A model generated the notes under the pieces. It was not told the origin of the DNA, searched no databases, and saw only the letters and a list, made by a program, of their open reading frames with translations. Source: Candidatus Krumholzibacteriia bacterium (GTDB lineage Bacteria; Krumholzibacteriota; Krumholzibacteriia; Krumholzibacteriales; Krumholzibacteriaceae). From it: a stretch of 64,000 nucleotides of DNA. The first letter of the stretch is position 1. Each line of letters opens with the position of its first letter. The translations under genes were made by a program, and so were the position numbers. Positions 10,200 through 21,078 of this stretch are shown here, piece after piece. The stretch spans positions 224,001 through 288,000 of the forward strand of contig CAWIIQ010000001.1 in assembly GCA_963836185.1 (NCBI GenBank), read 5' to 3'.

Positions 10200-11387
10200 T
10201 CAGTTATTTTCGATGAATGTCCACGTCCGGCGGCCGCCGGTCGGATTGAACGATATCAGGGCCTCGCCCCCGCCAAAAGATCGCCTGTAAGTCAATATAC
10301 TGTCGGCTTTTCCTTCGACCACGAGTTGTGACAGCGGTTGCCCCGCGTCTATCTCGATCGACCATCCCCGGAAGGTGTATTCGTCCACGAGCTCAGTATA
10401 GAAACATCCCGTCAGCATGCTGGAAAGCATGCAGAACATGTTGTTGTACTCGATCGAGGCGTTGGTGAGGATGGACCAGGTTCTGCCATGAGCCTCAGTG
10501 AGCCAGCCTTCGGCCTGATTCTCGAGCAGGATCTCGAATCCGGCGCGGTCGGTGATGCCCCAGCACATATTGGGAAAGAGCTCGTAGAAGATCCCGTTGA
10601 GGTATCCGGCGAGTTCAGCGTCTTCCTGCGGCACTCTGCCGTTCGCGATCTGAATGAACCTGGGGCCGAGTCTCGACCTGATAGCGGCTACATAGTCTTT
10701 CTGCCACTGGAGATATACTTCCCGTTCGTTATCGTCGTCACCGATCAATATTCCGTTATCGTCGAGGTCGAGTTCCCCTTCAACGTTGTCGTTATAGGGG
10801 CTGATATAAGGCTGATACATGATGTAGTCATGCATCACTCCATCGATCGCTCCCGGCCAGGCGTCGGTGTATTTCTCGAGCATGTCGACGATATCGTTCA
10901 TCAGCCGCGTGTCGCCTTCCCCGGACTCGGTAATCGGATCGAGCAGTATGAGCCCCGGCCATACATGAAACGTGTCGCCCGTGGTCGACCATGCCCAGTT
11001 GTCTTCGAGGGTCCTGTAGTATTCGAGCTCCCACGGGAGCGTACTCGCGAGGTAAGCGGTATCGGGGTAGAGCTCCTTCACCTGTAGAACTGTGAGATAT
11101 CCGAGTATCTTGATGTCGGGATTGAGCTCCCGGAGCCGCGAGATGATATCGGTCGCATCAGGAGAGAAGCACCGCTCGATAGGAAAGATCAGCAGGCCCG
11201 CCCTGGCTGCCTCTGCGACAGTTGTCTCGTCCCACTCGAAGAAGTTGCTCCAGTGGGTTATCCCGCGCATCGGGTACTGCTCGAAAGGGTAGGATGATCT
11301 CTGGAGCTCTTCAGGGTCCGAGGGCGACGAAGAGCAGGCGAGAGAAAACGCCGCGGCTGCTACGACTATGATCAGGAACGAACGCAT
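10200..11387 (-). CDS. Lipoprotein with putative glycoside hydrolase-like TIM-barrel domain
   Basis: Lipobox FSLAC. RELNPDIKILGY, IDGVMHD, IQIANG and LNGIFYELF resemble hypothetical GH15-like (GHL15) proteins. Confidence 0.6.
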   Translation of the reverse strand: MRSFLIIVVAAAAFSLACSSSPSDPEELQRSSYPFEQYPMRGITHWSNFFEWDETTVAEAARAGLLIFPIERCFSPDATDIISRLRELNPDIKILGYLTVLQVKELYPDTAYLASTLPWELEYYRTLEDNWAWSTTGDTFHVWPGLILLDPITESGEGDTRLMNDIVDMLEKYTDAWPGAIDGVMHDYIMYQPYISPYNDNVEGELDLDDNGILIGDDDNEREVYLQWQKDYVAAIRSRLGPRFIQIANGRVPQEDAELAGYLNGIFYELFPNMCWGITDRAGFEILLENQAEGWLTEAHGRTWSILTNASIEYNNMFCMLSSMLTGCFYTELVDEYTFRGWSIEIDAGQPLSQLVVEGKADSILTYRRSFGGGEALISFNPTGGRRTWTFIENN

Positions 11388-11506
11388 ATTGCGATACCTT
11401 GTCTGTTTCCGGGAGTAAATATGGTCCACTACAGGGCATTACCGGATATCATCGGGAATACCCTGCGGTCGCCGTTCCCGGCCGGCGGCTGTCGCTGAGG
11501 GAAGAT

Positions 11507-11521
11507 GCAATGGAGGTGCCG
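11507..11521 (-). promoter_or_regulatory. Sigma-54 -24/-12 promoter for the GH-like lipoprotein
   Basis: Minus strand CGGCAC-CTCCA-TTGC, intergenic and pointing into the gene. Confidence 0.65.
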
Positions 11522-11641
11522 TAACCTGTCCCGCGCCGATTATAACGGTTCTATTTGAGACCCTGCTGATGTAAAATCACCTCCAGCTGACGTTCAGAAG
11601 AAGATAATACCCGGGGAATGCACCCGAAAGGAGAACCGAGG

Positions 11642-12541
11642 ATGGAAGATATTCTTGATCTCGCGTGGAAATGGCTGACGACAGGCGGCCTGAAGATACT
11701 GGTGATCTTGATCATCTCTTTTATCGTTATCCGTATCGTTTCGGTTGTGACTAAAAGGACCAAGGCACGGATGGACAGGAAGGTCGATAGCGATATCGAG
11801 TTGATGAAGCGCACGGAGACCCTCTCGAAGCTGGTCAGGAAGACCGTGAAGGCGCTGGTTCTGATCGCAGCCGCGCTGATGATCCTTCAGAATCTGGGGA
11901 TAAACATCGGCCCGCTGCTCGCCGGCGCGGGGATAGTCGGGCTGGCCGTCGGGTTCGGGGCCCAGAGCCTCGTAAAGGACGTCATAAGCGGATTTTTCAT
12001 ACTTCTCGAGAATCACATGAATGTAGGCGATGTCGTGGATATCGCAGGCAAGGGGGGGTTGGTCGAATCGATCAACCTGCGGGTCACGAGGCTGAGGGAC
12101 TGGGAAGGGAACGTTCATGTCATCCCCAACGGTGAGATCGCTGTCCTGACAAACCTTACGAAGGGATTCTCGCGGGCGGTGTTCGAGATAGGCGTCGCCT
12201 ACAAGGAGAACGTCGACGAGGTGATGCGGGTGATGAAGGATGTCGCCGACGAGATGGTGAAGGATCCGGATTGGAGCCGCCGCATCCTCGAGCCGATGGA
12301 GGTGGCCGGTCTCGACAGCTTCGGGAACTCCTCGGTCAATATCAAGGCCAGGATGGCTACGAAACCACTCGAGCAATGGAACGTGATGAGGGAGTACAGG
12401 CGCAGGCTGAAGAATGTCTTCGATGAGAAGGGTATCGAGATCCCGTTCCCGCATGTGACTCTTTACATGGGAGAAGGGGAGAACAAGGGTGTGCTGAAGA
12501 TCAACAAGACAGCAGATGCGGTGAAAGATACTTCGGTGTGA
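11642..12541 (+). CDS. mscS: Small-conductance mechanosensitive channel (MscS family)
   Basis: LLAGAGIVGLAVGFGAQSLVKDVISGFFI, VGDVV, HVIPNGEI and GIEIPFP motifs. Confidence 0.92.
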   Translation: MEDILDLAWKWLTTGGLKILVILIISFIVIRIVSVVTKRTKARMDRKVDSDIELMKRTETLSKLVRKTVKALVLIAAALMILQNLGINIGPLLAGAGIVGLAVGFGAQSLVKDVISGFFILLENHMNVGDVVDIAGKGGLVESINLRVTRLRDWEGNVHVIPNGEIAVLTNLTKGFSRAVFEIGVAYKENVDEVMRVMKDVADEMVKDPDWSRRILEPMEVAGLDSFGNSSVNIKARMATKPLEQWNVMREYRRRLKNVFDEKGIEIPFPHVTLYMGEGENKGVLKINKTADAVKDTSV

Positions 12542-12599
12542 ATACCGGCGGCAGGCCGGGTCGGACCTTCTTCCGGGAACCCCGGAAGTATCAGGAGCC

Positions 12600-13343
12600 T
12601 CAGCCGCCCTTGATAGTTATATACCGGACGATGAGCTCGGGCCTCAGCCCGACGGCGGCGGTTTCTCTCATATATACGTGCAGGAACGCGGCCTCTCCCC
12701 CTGTCCGTGGTGTCAGAAGCACTCCGTGGTTTCTCGGCGGTATCTTTATCCAGTTCTCGACCCTGGCCGGATCGAGCTCGAATGTGACAGAGGTGTCGGC
12801 TTTTATTTCTTTCGAATCCATCAGGTCGAGGTGGTCTCCACCTTCGGCCGTCCATTGAGAGACCCCGTCATCGACGTAGAGCCAGGATACACCTTCGCCT
12901 AAGTACCCTTCTTCCCATGAGCCGGTGTAAGTTGCGGGAACCGTCGCTTCCCAGGCGTCGAGCCAGATCGTGCGGTTGGTATCCTCGGGTTCGAAGTGCA
13001 GCGTCATGTGGGCGCTGGCTACACTCCCGCAGTCCGTTATGGAGGTGAGATCGAACCTGACGAGCAGCCTGCGCTCGTAAAGCGAGCCCCCGATCTCAGC
13101 CACGCCGAGTGTATCTAAAGAGGCCGTCCCGTTGTTGCTCTCCCTCATGGTCCAGCTTGCGCCGTCTCTTATTACGGCGTCCCGTGTGCCGAGATAGGAG
13201 GGAAGCGGCTCCGCGCCGTCCCTGAATATCACTGTTGTCGTGTCTGAATCTCCCGGAGGTCCTGTATTGCTGCTGCATCCGATCCCCGCCAGGACAACGG
13301 CGGCTACGGCGGCGAAAAGTATGATACGGGTCCTTGTCTTCAT
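12600..13343 (-). CDS. DNRLRE-domain lipoprotein
   Basis: Lipobox GIGC. RDAVIRD, NNG, RRLLVRFDLTSI, NHGVLL and RPELIVRY match the DNRLRE pattern. Start uncertain (13343-13352). Confidence 0.7.
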   Translation of the reverse strand: MKTRTRIILFAAVAAVVLAGIGCSSNTGPPGDSDTTTVIFRDGAEPLPSYLGTRDAVIRDGASWTMRESNNGTASLDTLGVAEIGGSLYERRLLVRFDLTSITDCGSVASAHMTLHFEPEDTNRTIWLDAWEATVPATYTGSWEEGYLGEGVSWLYVDDGVSQWTAEGGDHLDLMDSKEIKADTSVTFELDPARVENWIKIPPRNHGVLLTPRTGGEAAFLHVYMRETAAVGLRPELIVRYITIKGG

Positions 13344-13389
13344 TATCATCATGTTATGAATATTAGAGGAAATCCACGGAACACAATAG

Positions 13390-14802
13390 CTATTTGTCTC
13401 GCGGGGCCCGAAAATCACCAGCGTCGATGCCGTGCTTCTTCATCAGGTCATGCAGAGTGGGGCGGCTCACACCCAGCTCGCCGGCCGATGCCGATACGTT
13501 TCCGGATGTGCGAAGAAGGGTGGCGATCACCATTCCCTTTTCGAGCCTCTCTTTTGCCTCTTTGAGTGACATCTCGCCCGCGATGTCTATTGGAGGGCTC
13601 TCGGCGGGCGTATTTTCTCCAGCCTCATCCTCGAACGGGATATCGAGGTCGGAGGGCTGGATCAGGTTGGCGGCGGCCATTATGACGCCGCGCTTGACCC
13701 TGTTGTCCAGTTCCCTGACATTGCCCGGCCAGCGGTACGAGTGGATCGCCTCGATGGCGGACCTGCTGTAGCCTTTCAGGCCGCGTGAGAACTCCGAGCT
13801 GTAACGGTGCAGGAGTCTCGTGGCCAGCAGAAGGATGTCGTCGCCCCTGTCGCGCAGGGGAGGCATCGAGATCCTGACTGTGTTGATACGGTAAAAGAGG
13901 TCCTCGCGGAATTTCTTCTCCGCGATCATTTCCTCGAGATCGCTGTTTGTCGCCGCGATGACGCGAACATCGACCTGGATCGGCGCTCCGCCTCCGACCC
14001 TCTCGACGACCTGGTCCTGGAGGAATCTCAGAAGCTTTACCTGCAGGGCCTGCGGGAGCTCGCCGATCTCATCGAGGAAGAGGGTGCCTCCATCGGCGGT
14101 TTCGAACTTCCCGGCCTTTGTCGCGTGCGCCCCCGTGAAACTTCCCTTTTCATGGCCGAAAAGTTCGCTCTCGAGAAGGTTCTCCGGGATCGCCCCGCAG
14201 TTGATCGGGATGAAGGGGCCGCCATTGCGGGTCGACTTGTTGTGGAGAGCCCGGGCGATCAGTTCCTTTCCCGTACCGCTCTCACCCGTTATAAGGACCG
14301 AGACGCCGGTCGGCGCGATGCGGCGTACCGACTCGAAGATGCCGAGCATCGGTTCTGACATCCCGATGACTCCCTCGAACTCGTGACCCCGGGCATATCC
14401 TTCCTTCAGTTTCGCGAGTTCTCTCTCGAGGGACCGTATATAGAAAGCCCTTTGAAGGATCACCCTGAGCTCCTCGACATCTACCGGCTTGGCGTAGAAA
14501 TCGAGCGCTCCGGTCTCGATCGACTTCAGTGCATTCTCCATATCGTCGTGCCCGGTGATCATAACGACCTTGATCTGCGGGTCTATGCTCAGCGCTGACT
14601 CGAGCACGTCGAATCCCTCGAGTTCGGACGCGTCGTCTGTCAGGGAGAGGTCGAGGATCATGACCGAAGGTGAATGCTGCCTGACAGCGGACAATGCCTC
14701 ATCGGCGGACACGGCAGTAATGATGTCATAGTCGTTTTTGAAGGCCCACCTGAGCTGCTTGAGGATCGTCTCTTCATCATCGACTATTAGAAGTCTGTCC
14801 AT
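13390..14802 (-). CDS. prsR: PEP-CTERM-box sigma-54-dependent response regulator
   Basis: Receiver domain (LDLSL, ITGHDD), AAA+ (GESGTGKE, ESELFGHEKGSFTGA, WPGNVREL) and HTH GVSRPTLHDLMKK; lies in the exosortase locus. Confidence 0.9.
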   Translation of the reverse strand: MDRLLIVDDEETILKQLRWAFKNDYDIITAVSADEALSAVRQHSPSVMILDLSLTDDASELEGFDVLESALSIDPQIKVVMITGHDDMENALKSIETGALDFYAKPVDVEELRVILQRAFYIRSLERELAKLKEGYARGHEFEGVIGMSEPMLGIFESVRRIAPTGVSVLITGESGTGKELIARALHNKSTRNGGPFIPINCGAIPENLLESELFGHEKGSFTGAHATKAGKFETADGGTLFLDEIGELPQALQVKLLRFLQDQVVERVGGGAPIQVDVRVIAATNSDLEEMIAEKKFREDLFYRINTVRISMPPLRDRGDDILLLATRLLHRYSSEFSRGLKGYSRSAIEAIHSYRWPGNVRELDNRVKRGVIMAAANLIQPSDLDIPFEDEAGENTPAESPPIDIAGEMSLKEAKERLEKGMVIATLLRTSGNVSASAGELGVSRPTLHDLMKKHGIDAGDFRAPRDK

Positions 14803-14832
14803 ATTCAAACCTGACCGTACCTTTCCGGGCAG

Positions 14833-16932
14833 CTATTCGCCGGCTGGCATCTCTGCCTTTACTGTCGCTCCTCCTCCGGGGAGGCTGGAGACCGAGATAG
14901 CTCCGCCATGTGCCTCGGCAAGCGATTTACACAGGACCAGTCCTACTCCCAGGCCGTTTTTCTTCGTGCTCATGAACGGCCGGAACAGGCCGTTCTCCAG
15001 GAACTCCCTGTCGAACCCGGGCCCGTCGTCGCTGACGATGACCGTCAGCGTATCTCTGTGGCGGGCGATCCTGACTTCGATCGTCCCGCCTTCGGCCACA
15101 GCCTCGATCGAGTTGATCACCAGGTTCTCCAGGATGCGGGACAGGGCCGCCGGATCGATAAAAACCGGCACGGAGCCTTCCGATTCGAGGCTGATCTCGA
15201 CGTCCTTTCTCGATGCCATCTGCCTGAGAGAGGCTATCTTTTCTTTTGCCGTTGAAGCTGCATCGATCGACGTCCGCGAGATCGAGGTGGGAGCCTTGTG
15301 CGCGTTAAGCGAAGCGATCAGCCGCCGCATCTTCTGCACCGACCTCTCGACCGTATCGATCGCGTCTTCCTGAAATTCCCTGTCGTGGATATTATCCCTG
15401 GCGTTTTCGGCAGTCAAGGAGAGCATGCCGACGGTATTTTTAAGGTCGTGGATCACGAAGGAGGCGAACCTGTTGAAAGATTCGAGCTGTTTTGATTCGA
15501 GGTGCCGTTCCTCCATCAGAAGGTTCTCAAGGGCGAGCGCGCCCTGGTCTGTTATCGTGGTGAGAAAATCACGGTCTTCTTCCGACCAGGGCCTTCCGAA
15601 ATCTTTTCGCCCGAGAGCGATGAATCCCCTCGCCTCTCCTCCTATGGTCAGGAATGATACGGTCCTTACCCAGGGGTGAAGCTCCATAGTCCGGGTGGTT
15701 ACTTTCGCATTCCGGTCCGGCCCGTGAGCGAGCCGCCTGGGCCCCGGTATCATGATCAGGGGCGAGCCGGCGTAAAGTTCCATCATGCCTCCCGAAGCGG
15801 CGGCTGCGAGCTCTTCCTTCTCCAGTCCGTAATCGGCCAATTTGTTCCCGCTGATGCCGACGTAGATAAAGCCTTTCTTGACCATCATCGTCTCGCAGAG
15901 AGAGCTTATCGTGTTGGATAGAAGATCCTCGATCGTCGAGCTGGAAGTCATCATGCGCGCGTAATGGCGCCACTCACGCCTGTAGTTGTAGAGGCCCGGC
16001 CTGAAGTTCTCGTTGATGAATACCCGCAGATGGCGTCTTGCCTTCCCCGATATCAGGATGGCGAGGAGGATGAATATCGCAAAGACCGATGCGACCATCG
16101 TGCCGAACCTCTCATACGGCATCCCGATAAGATCAGAGGCCCATGTTATCAGCGCGAAGGCGAGAAGATAGAGGCCCGCGATGACGACACTGACGACCGA
16201 AGAGGCTTTCCCTTTCTCGGGCATCGTCCTTATCTCGAATATGGGGTATCTCCATCCCGTGTAGAAGATCGTGATGCAGAAGATGATCACGCCGAGAGCT
16301 CCTATCGAAATGAAGTAGTCGTCCACTTCGGAGAGCATCACCAGCCTGCTCATGATTATGAAGTTCATGGTCGAGGCAAGGATCGTCCCGAGCAGCGGAT
16401 ATTTCAGGGTTACCTTCGCCGGGACATTGGCGGCCCTGTACGTGTTTTCAAAAGAATGAAGAAGCAGCACGTTGACGGCGAGAGCCAGCAGCGCGAGGAG
16501 CTGGCCGGTGGATGTGACCCCGATCCTCCAGAGTCCGCCTCCCTCGGCGAGCTGGAACCGGTTGACGATCAACTCGACAGGAAGGAGCAGCGCCGTCGCT
16601 GCGAGCAGCGTTCCGAGCGTGATCATGCCGGGGAGCCAGCGTCTCAGCCTGTTTGCCGCGTCGTTCCGGCCGAAAAACGCGAAGAACGGGATTGCGAGAG
16701 CTGGAGAGAAGATGATCAGGGCGAGATGGATCTGGAGCCGGCTCATTACCTCTTCCGCCGACCTGGAAACGAGGGCGAATGTCAGGGCTGCCATCGAGGC
16801 AAAGATGCTCAGAGCCCAGAGGATGAAGAGCGTCTTCTGCGTGTTCCTCTTCCCGGACGCGATGTGTATCACCGCGAGCAGCAGCATCAGGGCGGATGAT
16901 GCCCCGGCCAGGATGGCTGTTATGGTGATCAT
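14833..16932 (-). CDS. prsK: PEP-CTERM system histidine kinase
   Basis: Multi-TM N-terminus, YNYRREW, GAF-like region, FNRFASFVIHDLKN H-box, NLVINS, DDGPG and LFRPFMSTKKNGLGVGL. ATG 16932 overlaps the TPR gene stop (ATGA). Confidence 0.9.
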   Translation of the reverse strand: MITITAILAGASSALMLLLAVIHIASGKRNTQKTLFILWALSIFASMAALTFALVSRSAEEVMSRLQIHLALIIFSPALAIPFFAFFGRNDAANRLRRWLPGMITLGTLLAATALLLPVELIVNRFQLAEGGGLWRIGVTSTGQLLALLALAVNVLLLHSFENTYRAANVPAKVTLKYPLLGTILASTMNFIIMSRLVMLSEVDDYFISIGALGVIIFCITIFYTGWRYPIFEIRTMPEKGKASSVVSVVIAGLYLLAFALITWASDLIGMPYERFGTMVASVFAIFILLAILISGKARRHLRVFINENFRPGLYNYRREWRHYARMMTSSSTIEDLLSNTISSLCETMMVKKGFIYVGISGNKLADYGLEKEELAAAASGGMMELYAGSPLIMIPGPRRLAHGPDRNAKVTTRTMELHPWVRTVSFLTIGGEARGFIALGRKDFGRPWSEEDRDFLTTITDQGALALENLLMEERHLESKQLESFNRFASFVIHDLKNTVGMLSLTAENARDNIHDREFQEDAIDTVERSVQKMRRLIASLNAHKAPTSISRTSIDAASTAKEKIASLRQMASRKDVEISLESEGSVPVFIDPAALSRILENLVINSIEAVAEGGTIEVRIARHRDTLTVIVSDDGPGFDREFLENGLFRPFMSTKKNGLGVGLVLCKSLAEAHGGAISVSSLPGGGATVKAEMPAGE

Positions 16933-18431
16933 CTCGTGCCTCTGATCCTCTCGACCTGTTTCAGGGCTTCCGCAGCCAGGGCCGTGCCTGGATACTTCGA
17001 TGCGCAGCTCTGGAGTATTTCTGCGGCCCGTTCCGGGTCGTCGAGCTCGGTCTCGTATATCGCCGCCGCCATCAAGGCAGTTTTCCTTGAACTTGTGGTA
17101 CTGAGGGTACCTGCCCGGCAGCGCGAGAAGGCGAGAGGCGGCTTCTTCCCAGCGTTCCTGCTCGACGAGGGTCCGTACATGGTATTCTTCAGCGACTATA
17201 CGGATCATCTCGGAGTATTGCGTCGACGAGAGATGGTCATAATGCTCTGCCGCTCTTTCATACGCCGCCTCGAGCGCCTCCGCTTCACCTGTCGTCCTGT
17301 AGTGCGCCGCGATGCGAAGCGGCGCCTCCATTCCCTGTATCGTTGTCGGGAAGCTGGTGTATACCGATTTGTAGTGAAGGGATGCCTCGACCCAGTTGCC
17401 CCTGCTCTCCTCGAGAATAGCGAGCTGCCAACGGGCCTCGACCGCTTCCGGGCCTGGACCTCCGTATTCCTCCAGTACCCTGTTGTACGCCGCCGCCGCG
17501 GCGTCGTATTTTTTATCTTCGAGGAGGATGTTTCCCTTCATCAGAAGGGCCGTAGGAGCTTCCTTCGACCGGGGATGCGCGGTGACGATCTTGTCGAAGA
17601 CCGATATGGCTCTTTCCCGGTCCCCGAATCCGTCGAGCTCGATGCGGGCTTCGAGGAACAGAAGGCTCGGGATGTCGGCCTGGTCACCGTAGATCTTCCT
17701 CATATCCCGGATCGTTTCTCTCGCTTCTGTCCATTTCTCGGAAAGAAGGTATGTGCTGACGAGGTTGTACCTTGCTTCCTTCTTTAAATCATCCGGCGCG
17801 TTCGAGCAGGATTATATGACTGTAGATCTTTTCGGCCTCGCCGAGCCATTTATTCGCGCAGCCGGAGTCGGCCGTGCTCTGCAGATCTCCGCGATGCGGA
17901 TCGGCGTCAGAAGATATCGCCTGTTGAGCGGGCAGTATCGACGATCCGGTCGCCGGAGAGATATTCTTCGTGAAATTTGGTGAAGAGTCCAGGGCCCGTC
18001 GGTGTCGCCGCTCTCGCGCGAGATGAACGATGCCGACCACAGGGCGTTCGCCCTGGCCGCCGGCACGGTTCCCGCGATCTCGTACGCGTAAAGGAAATCT
18101 TTCCGCGCGTCTTCGAACATCGATGCCCTGAACTCGAGTTCCGCCAGTTCCATCTGCGCCGTGACGACGATGAGATTCATTCCCTCGATGCTTTTCGATG
18201 TCGCCGGAGTAATCGCTCGATTATCTTCCTGTACGCTGCCAGTGTCCTGTCGAGAAAATCCATGTTGAGGGTCGGGAAGGTGAGCTCCGAGGCATGTCTT
18301 CGTGCGTCGAAGAGGGCCTTTTCCGCCTCGTACGTCGGTGATTTGTCATCTCCGCCGCATCCGGAACAGATTATCAGGCCGGCGGCCAGCAGTGACAGTG
18401 GCAGCGATCGTCAGGATGGAATGATCTTCAT
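16929..18431 (-). CDS. TPR-repeat lipoprotein (PrsT-like position; frameshifted)
   Basis: GGAG RBS + ATG 18431, signal ending LIICSGC, and TPR-like helices (ALLMKGNILL...AAAAYNRVLEEY; AEILQSCASKYPGT) split over several frames. Confidence 0.7.
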
Positions 18432-18448
18432 CTTTGCTCCTTCCGGCG

Positions 18449-19362
18449 TCATCCCGCGCCGCCAAGATCGAGGCTTGTGCCGGCCGGCCGGTCGACCTTT
18501 CTCGCGAGGAAGATCACCGTTGACGAGGCGGTTATCAGGTATGTCGAGACAGTTCCATCACTCTCGACGCGATATGGTTGTGGATCATGAAATCAGGGGA
18601 GAGTTGAAGCGCTATCATCTCGGCTTTCATGTCGAGCAGGATGATCGGGACGGTCAGCAGAAATGGCACGGCTACGATGAGCAGCGTCTTGGTGAATGTC
18701 CGCAGCGAGAGGGATATCCCCGAGGCCAGCGCGGCGGCGGCAGAAAAACCGTCGATCATGATGAAAGGGATGGCGTAGACGAACAGTGACTGGATCATCA
18801 GGCCCAGCGCTATCCCGCCTCCGAGGGCCGCGTACCTCGCCGGTCCATCCATGCCGGCGGAGAGCCAGGAGCCGAGAAGGACCACGCCGTAAACGGCTGC
18901 CGATGAGATGATCGAGACACCCAGCAGGTGTGGATAGCGTGCGGCCGGCAGCGGAGAAGGCGCGTGGAATGGAAAGTCTGCCCTTCCGCATCGCTCTCGC
19001 TACGAGGTATACAGTCGCGCCGTGAAACAGCGACTTGAGGAAGACCTCGAGGACCATCTCGATCCGTCCAAGTATGGGCTGGAGCAGCAGCAGGTGCGCC
19101 GGATAGTGGCCCAGTGTCTCTGGGGTGACGCCGCCTACGGGCAGCGCCCAGAGGCGGGCGAGCGGCCCTGAGTTTCCGACAAGATAAATCGTCAGCAGGA
19201 GCATCTGCAGAAGGAAGTAGACCAGGTAGGGAGCGGCGACCCCCGGCGATCGATCAGAAGGGTCAGCGAGGCATGGAACGCCTGAAATGCGGATGAGATG
19301 CTTCTCGCCAGGCTCCGCCGTTCCGCGGCGTCGGCGCTGCCCTTGATTATTACTTTTGACAT
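18449..19362 (-). CDS. Polytopic membrane protein of unknown function (frameshifted)
   Basis: Hydrophobic segments in ORFs 18593..19204 and 18535..18885 (HYPAHLLLL, YAIPFIMIDG). ATG 19362 follows GGAG. Confidence 0.6.
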
Positions 19363-20039
19363 GCCTGTATCAGCTCCCGTCGTCGTTTTTCCGTGGCTGT
19401 AAGCGCCTCGATGCACGTGCGGCGAGATATCTTCTATGAATCCGACGAGGCCGGCCCTGACGGCCTCATCCCCACCAGCCGGGATCAGGGTCGAAAATCT
19501 GATGAACGAGGCCGCCTGGGACCGGGCAAGCAGCGCGCTCGTCATCTGGTGCCATTTCAGCGCGAACTCGTTCGGTATCGTCATGCCCCGCATGCTGAAC
19601 CAGTAGATGACGAGCTGCCTGTTGTCGCCGTCGGATATGATCAGCTTCCGGGCCGGCTGAGTCCGTTCCCCCGATATCGAGGTCGATCGATCCCTCGGAG
19701 AGTATATCCCAGCCCGCTCCGGGGTAACAATGTTTCGGTGAGTGAATCTGCGAATTCTCCTGCTGGTCGGCGAAGTACCCGATAAAGACATCTATCGAGT
19801 TGCCTCCCAGGTCGACATACGAACGGGCGAGGGTCATGATCGGCGCCCAGGACCCTCAGGGATTCGGGAGAGATATATTCATCCCGGGCCGTGTATCCGC
19901 TGAGGGTGCGCGGTATCGATTCCAGGTCGGGCGGTTCCGGCTGCGGCACGGTCCTCAGTCTCAGCGACCAGGTATACGCGCAGAGCACGGCCAGGATGAC
20001 GACGACCGTTATGATTTTTTTCGTCGATACTGAGTCCAT
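19360..20039 (-). CDS. epsI: EpsI family exosortase-associated protein (frameshifted; 3' end approximate)
   Basis: N-terminal TM, IPRTLSGY, FIGYFADQ, IHSPKHCYPGAGW, LVIYWF and FIRFS motifs. Confidence 0.8.
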
Positions 20040-20885
20040 CTCAATATTCCCGCGCAAAGGAGCAGCATCAGAAAACCGGCCATGAATACTATGATCCCCG
20101 ATGCTTCGTGCAGCGGGCCGTCCGCGAATCCCGGGCCGATAAAGAACGCGCCCAGGGCGGTGACGACCAGCCTGACGGTGTTTGCCGCGATGGCGGCGGG
20201 CACCGAGAGGAGGACGAGGATAAATTTCCTTGCCTTTCGACATATCGGAGAAGAACGCGAATACAACGGCAAGTGTGAACATCGTCATCAGGGAGCGAAG
20301 TCCGCTGCAGGCGGCTACCACCTCGAGGGTGTAGCCGGGGAGCAGCAGGATATTCCCTTTGCGGATCACGCTTACCCTCATGGCTGTCAGACATCGCTGC
20401 GCTGAGTTTCGCGCTCAGCATCTGCATGGGAAAAGTGATCTTGAAGTAGATGATATATGGAAGGGGGACCATCAGGAGAAGGAGCAGCAGGGGAGGTCCG
20501 GCGACCCTGGTGAAGTCCCAGGCCCATGAGGAAGAGGACCGCTCCGAGGATCATCAGGGGCAGCGAGATCCTCATCGCGAAATTCTCGGCCGCCGCGGTT
20601 CCCGTGATCAGCAGGCCTGCCGCGGCGAAGATCAGCAGGAGCCCCGGGGCATCTCTCCGCCTCCGCTGCCTGTCTCCCGGAGTGCGTCGCGCCTTTTCCA
20701 GAGCAACAGGGCCGACACGAGCGGGATGAGGATGCCGTGGCGGTAGTTCGAGTCATCGAGCCATTGCCGTACCAGAGAGGAGACGACAGGCGCATACAGC
20801 AGCCAGCGAGCAGGACGAGCGCTGCGATCGTCAATATCGTGTTGGTCCGGGCCGTACGGCCCTGTTTTTCGGGCGGCACCGGCAA
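20009..20885 (-). CDS. epsH: Exosortase (EpsH/XrtA-like; frameshifted)
   Basis: HGILIP, MVPLP, catalytic VVAACSGLRS, ANTVR and LHEASG in successive frames. GGAGGA RBS precedes TTG/GTG. Confidence 0.85.
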
Positions 20886-20943
20886 AAGGGCTCCTCCCAG
20901 TGATTCCAGGATGAAACCTTTATATATCTTCAAGCGGATTATA

Positions 20944-20958
20944 ACAAGAGTTATGCCA
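20944..20958 (-). promoter_or_regulatory. Sigma-54-like promoter for the exosortase operon
   Basis: Minus strand TGGCAT-AACTC-TTGT, about 60 nt upstream of the exosortase start. Confidence 0.6.
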
Positions 20959-21018
20959 CTTGGCGGGATGTGAAAGGACGGGCAAGGGATGTCAGTGGCA
21001 GGTGCTGGGAGAGGAGAT

Positions 21019-21057
21019 AAAAAAAGGGCGGGTGCCCGATGGATCACACCCGCCTTT
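21019..21057 (-). terminator. Intrinsic terminator after the PEP-CTERM gene
   Basis: AAAGGCGGGTG...CACCCGCCCTTTTTTT on the minus strand. Confidence 0.8.
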
Positions 21058-21078
21058 GAACAAGGGTTATACCCCTGA

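Noticed and set aside
14833-17703. 956-aa TPR-histidine kinase fusion in the ORF track
   Set aside because: The junction reads as off-frame sequence. The true TPR end is in ORF 16929..17180, whose stop overlaps the prsK ATG, so the fusion is a frameshift artefact.
19192-20381. Apparent exosortase-EpsI and EpsI-membrane protein fusions in the ORF track
   Set aside because: They are produced by frameshifts. EpsI and the membrane gene each have their own plausible ATG.
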